Source: Candidatus Latescibacterota bacterium (GTDB taxonomy: Bacteria; Latescibacterota; UBA2968; GCA-2709665). From it: DNA of 64,000 nucleotides. Position numbers and translations under genes: made by a program. Shown piece by piece: positions 29,328-38,542 of this stretch. A model generated the notes under the pieces. It did no database searches. It was given only the letters and a program-made list of their open reading frames with translations, and was not told where the DNA came from. Where the stretch lies: assembly GCA_965116875.1 (NCBI GenBank), contig OZ220733.1, positions 608,001 to 672,000 on the forward strand, written 5' to 3'. How positions within the stretch are numbered: position 1 is the first letter of the stretch; each line of letters opens with the position of its first letter.

Positions 29328-29753
29328 CTATTTGTCCACCCAGACCCGCTTGAGCGGGACGTCGGGAGATTCCAGGACGCCGCCGTAGATCGTCACGGCG
29401 GTGATTTTTCCGTTCCGGATCCGGCACATATGCACTTCGGTGGCATCCAGCCGTTTGCCGTACATTGCTTCGGGAAGCCCGGGAAGGGGCTGGTTTACGA
29501 TACCCCTGAAGCGAAACTCCACGGCGGCCATGTCGCGGTCCGCGACGACATTGAGTATCTCCAGCCGCATGTCCCGCTCTTCCTCGTGACACCCCTGCCA
29601 GAGCGCCACCAGGTTTTCCGCACCACGGATGTTGAGTGCGCCTCCGGCCATGGTCGCGTCGTCGGCGTAGGTTTCGCGAAGTCTCTTCCAGTCACAGGCG
29701 AAGGCGGCTTCGAGGGAATCCCGGGCGATGCGAGCGTTGTTTTCGGCGGACAT
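29328..29753 (-). CDS. SnoaL/NTF2-like family protein
   Basis: Pattern YADDAT...IRGAENL...NVVADRDMAAVEF...RIRNGKI. AAGGGAG RBS. Confidence 0.8.
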   Translation of the reverse strand: MSAENNARIARDSLEAAFACDWKRLRETYADDATMAGGALNIRGAENLVALWQGCHEEERDMRLEILNVVADRDMAAVEFRFRGIVNQPLPGLPEAMYGKRLDATEVHMCRIRNGKITAVTIYGGVLESPDVPLKRVWVDK

Positions 29754-29789
29754 TGGCGTCTCCCTTCGTAATGACGTTTCGCGGTCTTT

Positions 29790-30578
29790 CTATTCCACTT
29801 CGTCGCCGTTCCGGTATTGTTCGAGGTTTCCCCTGTATTCCAGGCCGAGAATGTCCCGGGACCGCGCGACGTTGCACGTTCTGTCGGCGCCCGGCGTTCC
29901 CACAACGTGGAAGACGTCGAAATCGACGTTCCGGGACTCCAGGCTCAGGCGGCAGGCTTCCGCAAGGTCGTGGCGACAGACCCATCCCTGGCGGTAAGGG
30001 CGCGCTTCCGTACCCAGTTTCTCCCTGTACCGGCCGATACCGAGTCTGCTGTCAACAATGTAGTCAGGCCGGAGTACGATGATACGCATCCCGAACGCGT
30101 CGTAAAACTGCCGGCACATCTCTTCCTGGAGGCGTTTCGTGACGCCGTACAGACCCCCGTCGGGCCTCCTGACGTCGGCCGAGAAGAAGATGCCCCCGGG
30201 ATGGGCGGTCTGGCAGGAACCGATGTGCACGACCCTCCCGATGCCGTGCCGCCGTGCGGACTCAAGCACGTTCCAGAGTCCCTTGACGTTGATGAGAAAG
30301 GGTTTCTGATCGTCAACGCCATGGGCGCCGGGCTCGTCCGAGTGGTACACCGCCATGTGCAGAACCGCATCCATTTCCGCCACGGCGCCGTGAACGGCAT
30401 CGAAGTCCACAATGTCACCGTGTACGATTTCACCGCCCTTCCATTCACCGTCGGTATCGTTCCAGGGCCGCCAGGCCTGCGGGCCGTAGTCGAAAGCCCG
30501 GATCCGATGGTTCCCGTCAAGAGCGGCCAGCGCCGCCCTTCCGAGCCAGCCCGCCGCGCCGAATACGACAATGTTCAT
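29790..30578 (-). CDS. NAD-dependent epimerase/dehydratase (uronate dehydrogenase-like)
   Basis: FGAAGWLG Rossmann motif and YGVTK catalytic YxxxK. Confidence 0.85.
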   Translation of the reverse strand: MNIVVFGAAGWLGRAALAALDGNHRIRAFDYGPQAWRPWNDTDGEWKGGEIVHGDIVDFDAVHGAVAEMDAVLHMAVYHSDEPGAHGVDDQKPFLINVKGLWNVLESARRHGIGRVVHIGSCQTAHPGGIFFSADVRRPDGGLYGVTKRLQEEMCRQFYDAFGMRIIVLRPDYIVDSRLGIGRYREKLGTEARPYRQGWVCRHDLAEACRLSLESRNVDFDVFHVVGTPGADRTCNVARSRDILGLEYRGNLEQYRNGDEVE

Positions 30579-30608
30579 CTCCCAGGCTCCCCGTGCGAAA
30601 AACAGGCG

Positions 30609-32015
30609 TCAGGACTTCTCCCCGGCAAGTCCGTACTTCCTGTAAAAGTGACGGAATTGGTCGTAGCTCAAGCTGAGGGACTCGGCCGCCTTGCGCTGAT
30701 TCCAGTTTGCGCGGCTCAGCGCGCTTCTGAGCAAGCCGAGCTCAAACGCCGTAACCTGAGCGTCAAACCCTTCTCCGGGCGCAGCGGCGGCATCACTGGA
30801 GATCTCAGGCGGCAAATCCCGGGGCTCGATGGATGCGCCCGCTGCCATGCACGCCGCGCGTTCGACCGCAAATTTGAGCTCGCGCACGTTTCCCGGCCAC
30901 GCGTACCCCAACAGCAGACGCACGGCGCTCTCCGAAAACGGACGCGCTTCCAGACCCGGCACTTCCCGGACGATCTGTTCGACGAAAAACCCTGCGAGCG
31001 GCCTGATATCTTCACGCCGCTCCCGTAGCGGGGGAATGCGGATAATCTCAAAGCGCAGGCGGTCGTAGAGATCCTGCCGGAAGCGGCCTTCGCCGATTTC
31101 GCGCTCGAGGTCGGCATTCGTGGCGGCAATGATCCGCACGTCCACGCTGGTTGGCGCCGCGCCGCCCACCCGTTGGATCTCCTGATATTCGATGGCGCGA
31201 AGGACGTTCTGCTGAAACTCCGGAGTGGTATTGCCAATCTCGTCCAGCAGCAACGTGCCGCCGTTCGCCGCCTCAAACCGGCCTGGCCGGGCTTCCGTGG
31301 CTCCGGTGAAGGCGCCCTTTTCGTGACCGAAGAGCTCGCTCTCGAGCAAGTTTGCGGAAAGTGCGGCGCAGTTGACCTTGACGAACGGACGATCTCGTCG
31401 TACCCCGCCGTAGTGGATGGCGGCGGCCACGAGTTCCTTTCCGGTGCCGGGCTCGCCGAGGACCAGAACCGGTCGGGGAATGGAAGCGATTCGTTCGGCC
31501 TGTTGCATGATCCGGAGCATCTGCGAACTGGCGTTGACCGTCCTGTATTTCTTGCCGAATTCGTCACGGTAGAATCTGTTCTCCCGGTCCAGGTCCTTTA
31601 CCCGGGCCTGGAGGCGGGCGTTCTCCTTCAGCACGGCAAGAACGCGGTCGAGTTTTTCGAGGCTGAGTTCAAGCCGGTCCTCGATATAGAAATCTTTCTC
31701 GATAAAGTCGGAAGCGCCCATGCGCAGGGCGGCGACGGCGTTCTCCACGGTGCCCTTGCCCGTGAGGATGATAACCGGCAGATCGGGTGCGAGATCGCGT
31801 GTCTGACGAAGGATTTCGAGGCCGTCCGGCTCGGCCGGCCCAAAATCGATATCCAGAATGGCCATGTCAACGTCCGAAACGTGCTTTTGCAGGTACGCAA
31901 AGGCCTCTCGTCCCGTCGGGAAAGCCTTCACGATCCGGCCATCCACCTGAAGGCTTCGCGTGAGCATGCCCAGAATTTCGGACTGGTCATCCGCGATGAC
32001 GATTTGCGCGTTCAT
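30609..32015 (-). CDS. sigma54-dependent response regulator with PspF-like AAA+/HTH (REC-PspF)
   Basis: N-terminal receiver (IADD, ILDID, ILTG); GEPGTGKE, GAFTGA, WPGNVREL; PspF-like signatures RAIEY, ATNADL, DLYDRLRFE and C-terminal QRKAAESLSLSYDQFR. Confidence 0.9.
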   Translation of the reverse strand: MNAQIVIADDQSEILGMLTRSLQVDGRIVKAFPTGREAFAYLQKHVSDVDMAILDIDFGPAEPDGLEILRQTRDLAPDLPVIILTGKGTVENAVAALRMGASDFIEKDFYIEDRLELSLEKLDRVLAVLKENARLQARVKDLDRENRFYRDEFGKKYRTVNASSQMLRIMQQAERIASIPRPVLVLGEPGTGKELVAAAIHYGGVRRDRPFVKVNCAALSANLLESELFGHEKGAFTGATEARPGRFEAANGGTLLLDEIGNTTPEFQQNVLRAIEYQEIQRVGGAAPTSVDVRIIAATNADLEREIGEGRFRQDLYDRLRFEIIRIPPLRERREDIRPLAGFFVEQIVREVPGLEARPFSESAVRLLLGYAWPGNVRELKFAVERAACMAAGASIEPRDLPPEISSDAAAAPGEGFDAQVTAFELGLLRSALSRANWNQRKAAESLSLSYDQFRHFYRKYGLAGEKS

Positions 32016-32018
32016 GGC

Positions 32019-33677
32019 TTACTCGATGAATTCCTCGGCCAATGGCAGCCTGGAAACAGCAATCGGTTCGCCGCTCCAGCCGATGGAATCGGTTTCGGAA
32101 ACGAGCTCGAAGTCCACCGGAATGTCGATGCGAAATACGGCTCCTGCGCCCGGTCGGCTGATCATGCGCAGGTTTCCCCTGTGGGCGGATACGATGCGCG
32201 AGCAGATGCTGAGGCCGAATCCATTGCCCTTTTCTTTGGTTGAGAACCCGGGATCGAAGATCCGGCCCTGGATCTCTTCGGAAATCCCCGGCCCGTCGTC
32301 TTCCACTTCGATGAATACCGACGCCCGCTTGTTGTCGTAACCGGCCTGTACGGTGACTGCACCATCCTCGTTTACTGCGTCCAGCGCGTTGAGTATCAGG
32401 TTGGTGACGGCTTCACGCAACATTCCGGGGTCGACCTTGACCTGGGGAACCCGCGGTTCGAATGCGAAGCGGAGCAACGTGCCGCCGGTCCGGCTCGAGA
32501 CCGTCTTGCTGATGTTGCGCAACAAAAGCGGAATATCGACCAGTGTGGGATTCAGCGGGTCCTGCTTCATGCTGCGCAGGTAGGCGACCCACTGGTCGTA
32601 TATGTGTTCCTGATCGCGGGCGATTTCTTTCAGGCCATCGAGTACCGCGTTGTCCTTCGGGACGTTTCGAATCAGCCGGCGTGTACGGCTCCCCACCAAA
32701 CCCATCAGGTTCTTTATCTGGTGGCCACGCGTGTACAGGCTCTCACCCACCTGCACGCGTCCCATGTCGATGAGCTCGAGGGACAACCTTGCAAGAACCG
32801 AGGCAGCCTTTGTGCCGAATTCTTCGATGATGGTCGTATATTCCTGCTCCATCTGCGCCGAACTCTTGTGATCGAACAAGAGATGCGCCAGATTCCTGTA
32901 GGGCAGCGCGTAATCCGGCTCGAGCTGAATGGCGATCTTGAATGCGCCCAGGGCCTGAAGGGTCTGACCGGATTGCATGAGCAGAACGCCAAGGTTGTTG
33001 TGACCCGGTGCGAACAGCGGATTCGCTTCCAGGCCACGACGGTATACGGCAATGGCTTCATCGGCGTTTTCCGGAAGGTCGTCCAGAAAGCTGGCGAGCA
33101 GGAAGCAGGTACCGTCCACGTTGCCGTAGGGGACGCCGCGATCCACAGTCTCCAGAATATAACGAAGCGTTTCGACCGCCTGTCGCCTACCCCTGGATCC
33201 CGATTCCACGCCCTCCGCCCGCAATAGCGCCAGTTGAAAATGCGCCTCAAGGTGGTCCGGCTTACCCGCGATGGCGGACTCGAAGGCCTCCAATGCGCCA
33301 TCGGCGCCCATCTTGAGCAGGCACATACCGATTTTGAAGTGCAGGTCCGAATTGTTATCGGTCAAGTCCAGCGCACGCTCGAAGCTTGTGAGCGCATGCT
33401 GCCAGCTTCCCCTGCTATATTGGACGACACCCAGGTTTTGGAGCGCACGAAGGTTGCCGGCGTCGTGCCTCAACGCCAGAGCGTAAGCGGCCTCAGCTCT
33501 CGACAGGTCCCCGGTTTCCAATGCAGAATCGCCGTCGCGGCAATGCCTCCGTGCGTCTGCATTCGCGGATTCCGGGAGGGTCCGAACGAAACCTATACGG
33601 TCGGACGGCGCCGGCCCACTGTTTGATATTTCGGATTTGGTCAACGGGTTACTCCACGATAAACCTTGATTCCCCAT
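32019..33677 (-). CDS. cytoplasmic TPR-repeat sensor histidine kinase
   Basis: Multiple TPRs; H-box GHQIKNLMG; N-box TNLILNALDA; VEDDGPGI, FDPGFSTK and GNGFGLSI. No TM segment visible. Start uncertain because a repeat overlaps it. Confidence 0.88.
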   Translation of the reverse strand: MGNQGLSWSNPLTKSEISNSGPAPSDRIGFVRTLPESANADARRHCRDGDSALETGDLSRAEAAYALALRHDAGNLRALQNLGVVQYSRGSWQHALTSFERALDLTDNNSDLHFKIGMCLLKMGADGALEAFESAIAGKPDHLEAHFQLALLRAEGVESGSRGRRQAVETLRYILETVDRGVPYGNVDGTCFLLASFLDDLPENADEAIAVYRRGLEANPLFAPGHNNLGVLLMQSGQTLQALGAFKIAIQLEPDYALPYRNLAHLLFDHKSSAQMEQEYTTIIEEFGTKAASVLARLSLELIDMGRVQVGESLYTRGHQIKNLMGLVGSRTRRLIRNVPKDNAVLDGLKEIARDQEHIYDQWVAYLRSMKQDPLNPTLVDIPLLLRNISKTVSSRTGGTLLRFAFEPRVPQVKVDPGMLREAVTNLILNALDAVNEDGAVTVQAGYDNKRASVFIEVEDDGPGISEEIQGRIFDPGFSTKEKGNGFGLSICSRIVSAHRGNLRMISRPGAGAVFRIDIPVDFELVSETDSIGWSGEPIAVSRLPLAEEFIE

Positions 33678-34095
33678 TTTTCGAGGACGTTAATTCGAAT
33701 ATGTGTCAGTTAACCTCTTTTATTCATGAAACCCAAACGAACATGGATAAACAGGATAGACAGGATAAAAGCCAAAACCGAACAGGATGAGAAACCAGGA
33801 GCAGGACAAATGCTCACTTTTCCGCGCTAGAATAATCGACGCCTACCTCTGCAAACTGCGCAACATCACACCGAACAGCCAGATTCCGCATTTCTTCAGG
33901 TGCTGTCGTAAAAAACCTCGTGGTATTTATCGAAATACAACCGGTTATACAACAGAACCACCGGTCTTTGTGAATAATTCAGGTTAAAAAGGCGATTAAA
34001 CTGCTGATTACCAGGATACACCAGGACACTGTACATGCACGGAAAAAATGTCCTTCATGACGACCATTTCGGCCCGTTTCGAAAGGTTTCGTCGC
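33657..34095. repeat. family C repeat copy interrupted by a nested insertion
   Basis: The two flanks join to reconstruct the 26779-26940 element. Confidence 0.65.
33710..33987. mobile_element. MITE/IS remnant (family D) inserted into the family C repeat
   Basis: Ends TAACCTCTTTTATTCA ... TGAATAATTCAGGTTA form imperfect terminal inverted repeats; TTAA occurs at both junctions (33710-13 and 33984-87); internal (CA)GGAT repeats. Confidence 0.6.
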
Positions 34096-34137
34096 GGTGC
34101 CGCGTTGCGGCTCTTGCGGAATTGAGGTTTATCGGAT

Positions 34138-35652
34138 CTATTCGGAGGATTTTCCCGTTTCGGCGTCATTGCCGTCCGCAGGATTCACCCCGCCTGCCAT
34201 CCTTCCCAGAAACTCCGGCAGTTCCAGACCGGCCAGTTTTGCCAGTTCGTGCATGGGAGGAATCGCGCCCATCAGACGCTGACCGAGGTTGGACATACCT
34301 CCCTGTCCGTTGCCTCCGTCCCAGACCACGATCTTATCCAGCGGCAGATTCCGAATGGCTTCCGCCTGAATGCCCGCAACCTCTGTCAGCCGTTCGACGA
34401 TGAGGAAAGCGGCGGCAGCCTGGTCTTTACCGCCGCAGGCGGCGACCAACTCCTTATAACCCTCTGCCTTGGCATCCAGAATGGCCTGGGTGCCCTCCGC
34501 TTCAGCCCTCCGCTCAGCCAGGATCGCGGCGGCCTCGCCTTCGGCCACGAGTGTTTTCCGGGCTTTCTCGGCCTGTGCCTGCACAACCAGCTTTTGCTTT
34601 TGCGCTTCGGCCTCTACGACGATTTCGGCTCTAAGGCGGGCTTCTTCGCGTAGCGCCCGGGCGTCCTCTGCCTCTCTCTCCGCCTTTTCCTGTGCGACCC
34701 GGATGGCGCCGTCGGCTGCCCTGGCAGCCTCCTGTCCCTTTTGGCGCGCAACCTCTTCGGCCACGGTCTGCTGCGCCATGTAACCGGCCTTTTTCGAATC
34801 GGCCTCCGTCTCGGCCTGAACCGCTTCCGCATCCAGAGCAGAGACCATCCGGCGTTTGTTCCTGGTGGCCTCTGCCTCCCCGATCTGGGCCTCGGATTCC
34901 AGTGCGGCAACCCTCTGGCGCCTGTCCCTGGCGGCTTCGGCCTCGCCGATGTCCGCAGCCGCGTTCGCCGCAGCCACGTCCGTGCGCTGGTCCCTTTCCC
35001 GCTCGGCCACGCCCACCTTTCCCATTTTTTCCTGCTCGGCCACGTCGATAGACGCCTGATTGATGGCTTCGGCGGCCGCCTTCTGACCAAGGGCTTTGAT
35101 ATAACCGCTTTCGTCTTCGATATCCTTGATATTCACATTGATCACGGCCAGCCCGACTTTCTCCATTTCCGTTGACACGGCTTCATTGACCTTGGACATA
35201 AACGCCTGTCGGTCCTGGTTGATTTCTTCGATTTCCATGGTGGCAATCACCGCCCGCATCTGGCCCAAGATGATGTCCTGCGCCTGACTCTGGATCTGTT
35301 CGCGGGAAAGGCCCAGGAGCCGGATCGCCGCATTCTGCATCACGCCCTCATGATTGGAAACCGCCGCGGTGACGGTTGTGGGAACGGACACACGGATGTT
35401 CTCCTGAGAAAGCGCGTTGTCCAGGTCTATGGGAACGACGAACGGTTCCAGGTCCAGATATTCATAGTCCTGCAGGAGCGGAAGAACGAACGCCGCGCCC
35501 CCGTGAACGCACTTTGCGGCCCCCTTTCCGGTTTTTCCGTAGACGACCAGTATCTTGTTGGACGGACACCGTTTGTACCTGGAAATAAACGTCACGAAGA
35601 GAAGAAACACCACAAACAGCAATATGATTGTCAGAATCGTCTCCGTTGCCAC
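34138..35652 (-). CDS. flotillin/SPFH domain protein
   Basis: N-terminal TM, RYKRCPSNKILVVYG, SPFH domain and a long Ala/Glu-rich coiled coil. Confidence 0.93.
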   Translation of the reverse strand: MATETILTIILLFVVFLLFVTFISRYKRCPSNKILVVYGKTGKGAAKCVHGGAAFVLPLLQDYEYLDLEPFVVPIDLDNALSQENIRVSVPTTVTAAVSNHEGVMQNAAIRLLGLSREQIQSQAQDIILGQMRAVIATMEIEEINQDRQAFMSKVNEAVSTEMEKVGLAVINVNIKDIEDESGYIKALGQKAAAEAINQASIDVAEQEKMGKVGVAERERDQRTDVAAANAAADIGEAEAARDRRQRVAALESEAQIGEAEATRNKRRMVSALDAEAVQAETEADSKKAGYMAQQTVAEEVARQKGQEAARAADGAIRVAQEKAEREAEDARALREEARLRAEIVVEAEAQKQKLVVQAQAEKARKTLVAEGEAAAILAERRAEAEGTQAILDAKAEGYKELVAACGGKDQAAAAFLIVERLTEVAGIQAEAIRNLPLDKIVVWDGGNGQGGMSNLGQRLMGAIPPMHELAKLAGLELPEFLGRMAGGVNPADGNDAETGKSSE

Positions 35653-35746
35653 TGCAATCCCTCCTCGACTGAATATTGCACCGTTGAATGAGTTCTTTCC
35701 CGTGGAAAATCCGGGCTGGCCGCAAATCTCAAGTTGATCCGGCTTC

Positions 35747-36343
35747 TCATGATTTCAGGGGCTCCACCTCCAGCGTGTTCGCGCTTACAACGCGGAGAAT
35801 GCGCACCGGCGTCCTGGCGGAAACCGACATGCCGTTTTTTCCGCGGGCGGTTACGTAGGCGACCGTCCCGCTCTCCATCACCCTGACCTGTCCCGTGCCG
35901 CCTTCCGGTATATCCAGATATACTTCCCCCGACGTGCCTACGCACGTATCCAGGCTGGCGTTTCCTGTCTCGGTAAGCTGCCGGATACCGTGGAAAAAGT
36001 AGGCCACGACCGCCATGCCCGCGCTGCCCCATACAAGCGCGTAGACAAGGGCAGTTCGAACTTCCAGGCCCCTTTGGAGATACAGGGCGCCCGCCCACCC
36101 GAACAGCATGCCAAAGGCAATGAGGGACCTGATAGACAGCAGCTTGAATGAGGCAACCGTACCGTCGTTGAACTCCGGCCCGGTGTCGCCAAAGTTCGCG
36201 TCTCCGGAGATCCCCGCGTCCGTGCCTCCTCCGAGTCCGAGCAAAGCCGCGAGCAGTTGCCAGACGAAAAACGCACTGAAGAATATCGCCACGACGTAGA
36301 AAATCTGGTTGAGTACGGTCAGTTGCATCCACCAGGCATCCAT
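35747..36343 (-). CDS. NfeD-like membrane protein (flotillin partner)
   Basis: Three TM segments and a C-terminal OB-fold pattern VGTSGEVYLDIP...GTGQVRV; directly upstream of flotillin. GGGAG RBS before ATG 36343. Confidence 0.85.
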   Translation of the reverse strand: MDAWWMQLTVLNQIFYVVAIFFSAFFVWQLLAALLGLGGGTDAGISGDANFGDTGPEFNDGTVASFKLLSIRSLIAFGMLFGWAGALYLQRGLEVRTALVYALVWGSAGMAVVAYFFHGIRQLTETGNASLDTCVGTSGEVYLDIPEGGTGQVRVMESGTVAYVTARGKNGMSVSARTPVRILRVVSANTLEVEPLKS

Positions 36344-36574
36344 ATCCGGCTCCCTTCTTCGAATCTCCTTGAATCTGCGCCGCCGATCTCCTGCATGCGG
36401 ACTAACGGTCCGCGTCCGGCTGACGCCTTGCATCGCGAAATGTGATATAGAATATTCTCTGCGTCAACCCAAAACCGTTACGGTTTTTGCCCCGAATGCG
36501 ACAGCATGACAACCGCTGAGAACTCCCTTTCGGGCACTGGAACGGGATCGTCAGAAACTTGCAGGCGCGCAGCC

Positions 36575-37150
36575 TCAGGAGGGTACCAGTCCCCGTTTTC
36601 TGAATTCGCCCTTCAACTGGTAGCGTCCGCGGTTGAGCCAGGTCTTGACCGTTCCCATAGGTATCTGAAGCGCGTGGGTAATCTCCTCGTAGGACCAGTC
36701 GCGAACATAACGCATCCAGATGACTTCGCGATATCTCGCAGGCAATGCGTGAATGCTCTTTCTCACGAGTTCACGCCGCTGGTTTCGCTCCACCGTGGAC
36801 TCAGGATTCTCGCCCGCGGCGGGCAGGCGCGTGGATTCCACCAGTGCGGCCGGATCTTCGGTTACCACTGTCCACCGCCGGCGCACCTGCTGTTTGCGGA
36901 AGTGGGACTTGTGGACGTTCAGGGCGATCTGGGTAAGCCATGTTGTGAACGCGGCATCACCTCGATAGGTGCCAAGGGCGGTAAATGCCCTCAAAAACGC
37001 GGTCTGTACGAGATCCTGTGCGGTTTCCGGGTCGCTTGTTCGACGCACCATCGTGGCGTAGATCTGTTCGTGACAGGACCGGTAAAGGACGCCGAACGCA
37101 GCCGCGTCGCCTTCGACGGCCCTCCGGACCAGATACCGTTCGTTTTTCAT
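36575..37150 (-). CDS. ECF RNA polymerase sigma factor (RpoE/SigW-like)
   Basis: GDAAAFGVLY, AQDLVQTAF, FTTWLTQIALN and SYEEI...IPMGTVKTWLNRGR. Confidence 0.93.
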   Translation of the reverse strand: MKNERYLVRRAVEGDAAAFGVLYRSCHEQIYATMVRRTSDPETAQDLVQTAFLRAFTALGTYRGDAAFTTWLTQIALNVHKSHFRKQQVRRRWTVVTEDPAALVESTRLPAAGENPESTVERNQRRELVRKSIHALPARYREVIWMRYVRDWSYEEITHALQIPMGTVKTWLNRGRYQLKGEFRKRGLVPS

Positions 37151-37181
37151 TTATGTGATTTCCTCTCTAAAGTACGGTCGA

Positions 37182-37358
37182 TTATCTGGAATCACCGGTA
37201 AGCAGCCGGTAACCCACGTAGATCAGGATAAACGACACCAGCAGTTTCAGGAGCAAAAACACGATTTCCAGTGACATGCCAATGAGCTTGAACGCTTCGA
37301 AAATGCCGAGGTACGCGCCGATGGCGATAAGGATGATGCCGAGGATCTTTGCGAGCAT
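37182..37358 (-). CDS. small 58-aa two-TM membrane protein (not in ORF track)
   Basis: Manual translation MLAKILGIILIAIGAYLGIFEAFKLIGMSLEIVFLLLKLLVSFILIYVGYRLLTGDSR*. AGGAAAGGAAAA RBS; in operon orientation. Confidence 0.75.
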   Translation of the reverse strand: MLAKILGIILIAIGAYLGIFEAFKLIGMSLEIVFLLLKLLVSFILIYVGYRLLTGDSR

Positions 37359-37432
37359 GGGTTTTCCTTTCCTGTTCGGAGTGTTTCAGTTAACGACAAC
37401 GTCCTGACTGAATTCCGGAAGAAACTGGTTGT

Positions 37433-38008
37433 TCAGACGCTGGTTCTGTTTCGCCTGAGCCTTTCATCCAGGGTGATGATCACTTCCTGGAGGTCGTTCA
37501 GGCGCTGATCCACGGCGTCCAGCCGCGATTCCATTCGCTTTGCCCGTTCGGGATTCATCCCCTTGCCTTCCCTCTTTTTTCTCAGGTGTATATAGCTCAC
37601 AAGGCCCCCTGCGAAAATAATCAGACAGATGCCGATGCCAATTTCCATCGCGATGCCCAGACCCGTTCCGGATTGAGCCAACTCAAGCCTGTTTGCGACA
37701 TCCTCGAGTTTTCCGGCAGTTGACTCCAATCGTTTCTGGTTGTCCAGGAAACGTCTCACACCCTCGCCAGTCAGCCCGGCGGTATTGTCGGCCAGGGCGA
37801 CTGTGGGAATGTCATCGGCGCCAGGAAGCAGGTTCCACCGTTCCGACGTGAATGCCCAGATTCCGAATCCGACGGCCGCCACCGCCAGGAAAATCCCCAC
37901 AGTGGATCCACTTGGCTTCTTGTTGCCGGGAGTCATCAGATAAACGGAGTATCCACCCGCAACCATCAGCAGACAAAGTGCCAACGCCAGTTCCAGTATC
38001 CAGCTCAT
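37433..38008 (-). CDS. 3-TM membrane protein with C-terminal PspB-like coiled coil
   Basis: Three hydrophobic segments; the C-terminal half is paralogous to 38543..38758. GAGGAGG RBS. Confidence 0.75.
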   Translation of the reverse strand: MSWILELALALCLLMVAGGYSVYLMTPGNKKPSGSTVGIFLAVAAVGFGIWAFTSERWNLLPGADDIPTVALADNTAGLTGEGVRRFLDNQKRLESTAGKLEDVANRLELAQSGTGLGIAMEIGIGICLIIFAGGLVSYIHLRKKREGKGMNPERAKRMESRLDAVDQRLNDLQEVIITLDERLRRNRTSV

Positions 38009-38074
38009 ACTTTCCCTCCTCTGAGTTTCCCGCGTTTCGACTGTGCGGCGACGGCATTCCGACGATTTGAAATC

Positions 38075-38449
38075 TCAAGCCACTTTTTTGACGTTCCGGC
38101 TGGTGGTCTCCGTCGTACCGTTTTCGATCTCGTCAACCTTGAAAAAACGCGAGAGTCCAGTTACTGAAAGGACCTTTCGGATCCGACGGGAAACGCCGCT
38201 CAACCTCAGGTCGCCACCTGCGTTTCGCGTGGTTTTCAAGCCACTTGCCAGTTCACCCAGCATTGCGGCGCCCAGGTGGTTTACATGCGAAAGATCGACC
38301 ACTACCGTGCGAGCGCCGCTGTTTGCCAGGTTGGATATCTTGCGTCGCAGAGGCGCCGCGTCCATCCTGCTGATCGTGTCGCCACTCAGGGAGACGACGA
38401 CCGTTCCGTCGTGATTCCGGTCGCTTACGTGAATGCGTTGTGAATTCAT
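38075..38449 (-). CDS. STAS domain protein (anti-sigma-factor antagonist-like)
   Basis: VVVSLSG...VVVDLSHV...GGDLRLSGV...KVLSVTGLSRFF fold pattern. Confidence 0.85.
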   Translation of the reverse strand: MNSQRIHVSDRNHDGTVVVSLSGDTISRMDAAPLRRKISNLANSGARTVVVDLSHVNHLGAAMLGELASGLKTTRNAGGDLRLSGVSRRIRKVLSVTGLSRFFKVDEIENGTTETTSRNVKKVA

Positions 38450-38542
38450 GATTCAATTCCCCGTGTTTCCAGGCAGGTCCGATTCCGGTACCTCGGTACG
38501 TCTGCTCGCCTTTCTACGGTCAATCGACCCGGCAGGCTCCGA

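Noticed and set aside
33787-33987. 66-aa ORF ending FVNNSG
   Set aside because: It lies within the nested MITE/IS remnant, has no recognisable motif, and its stop falls in the element end.
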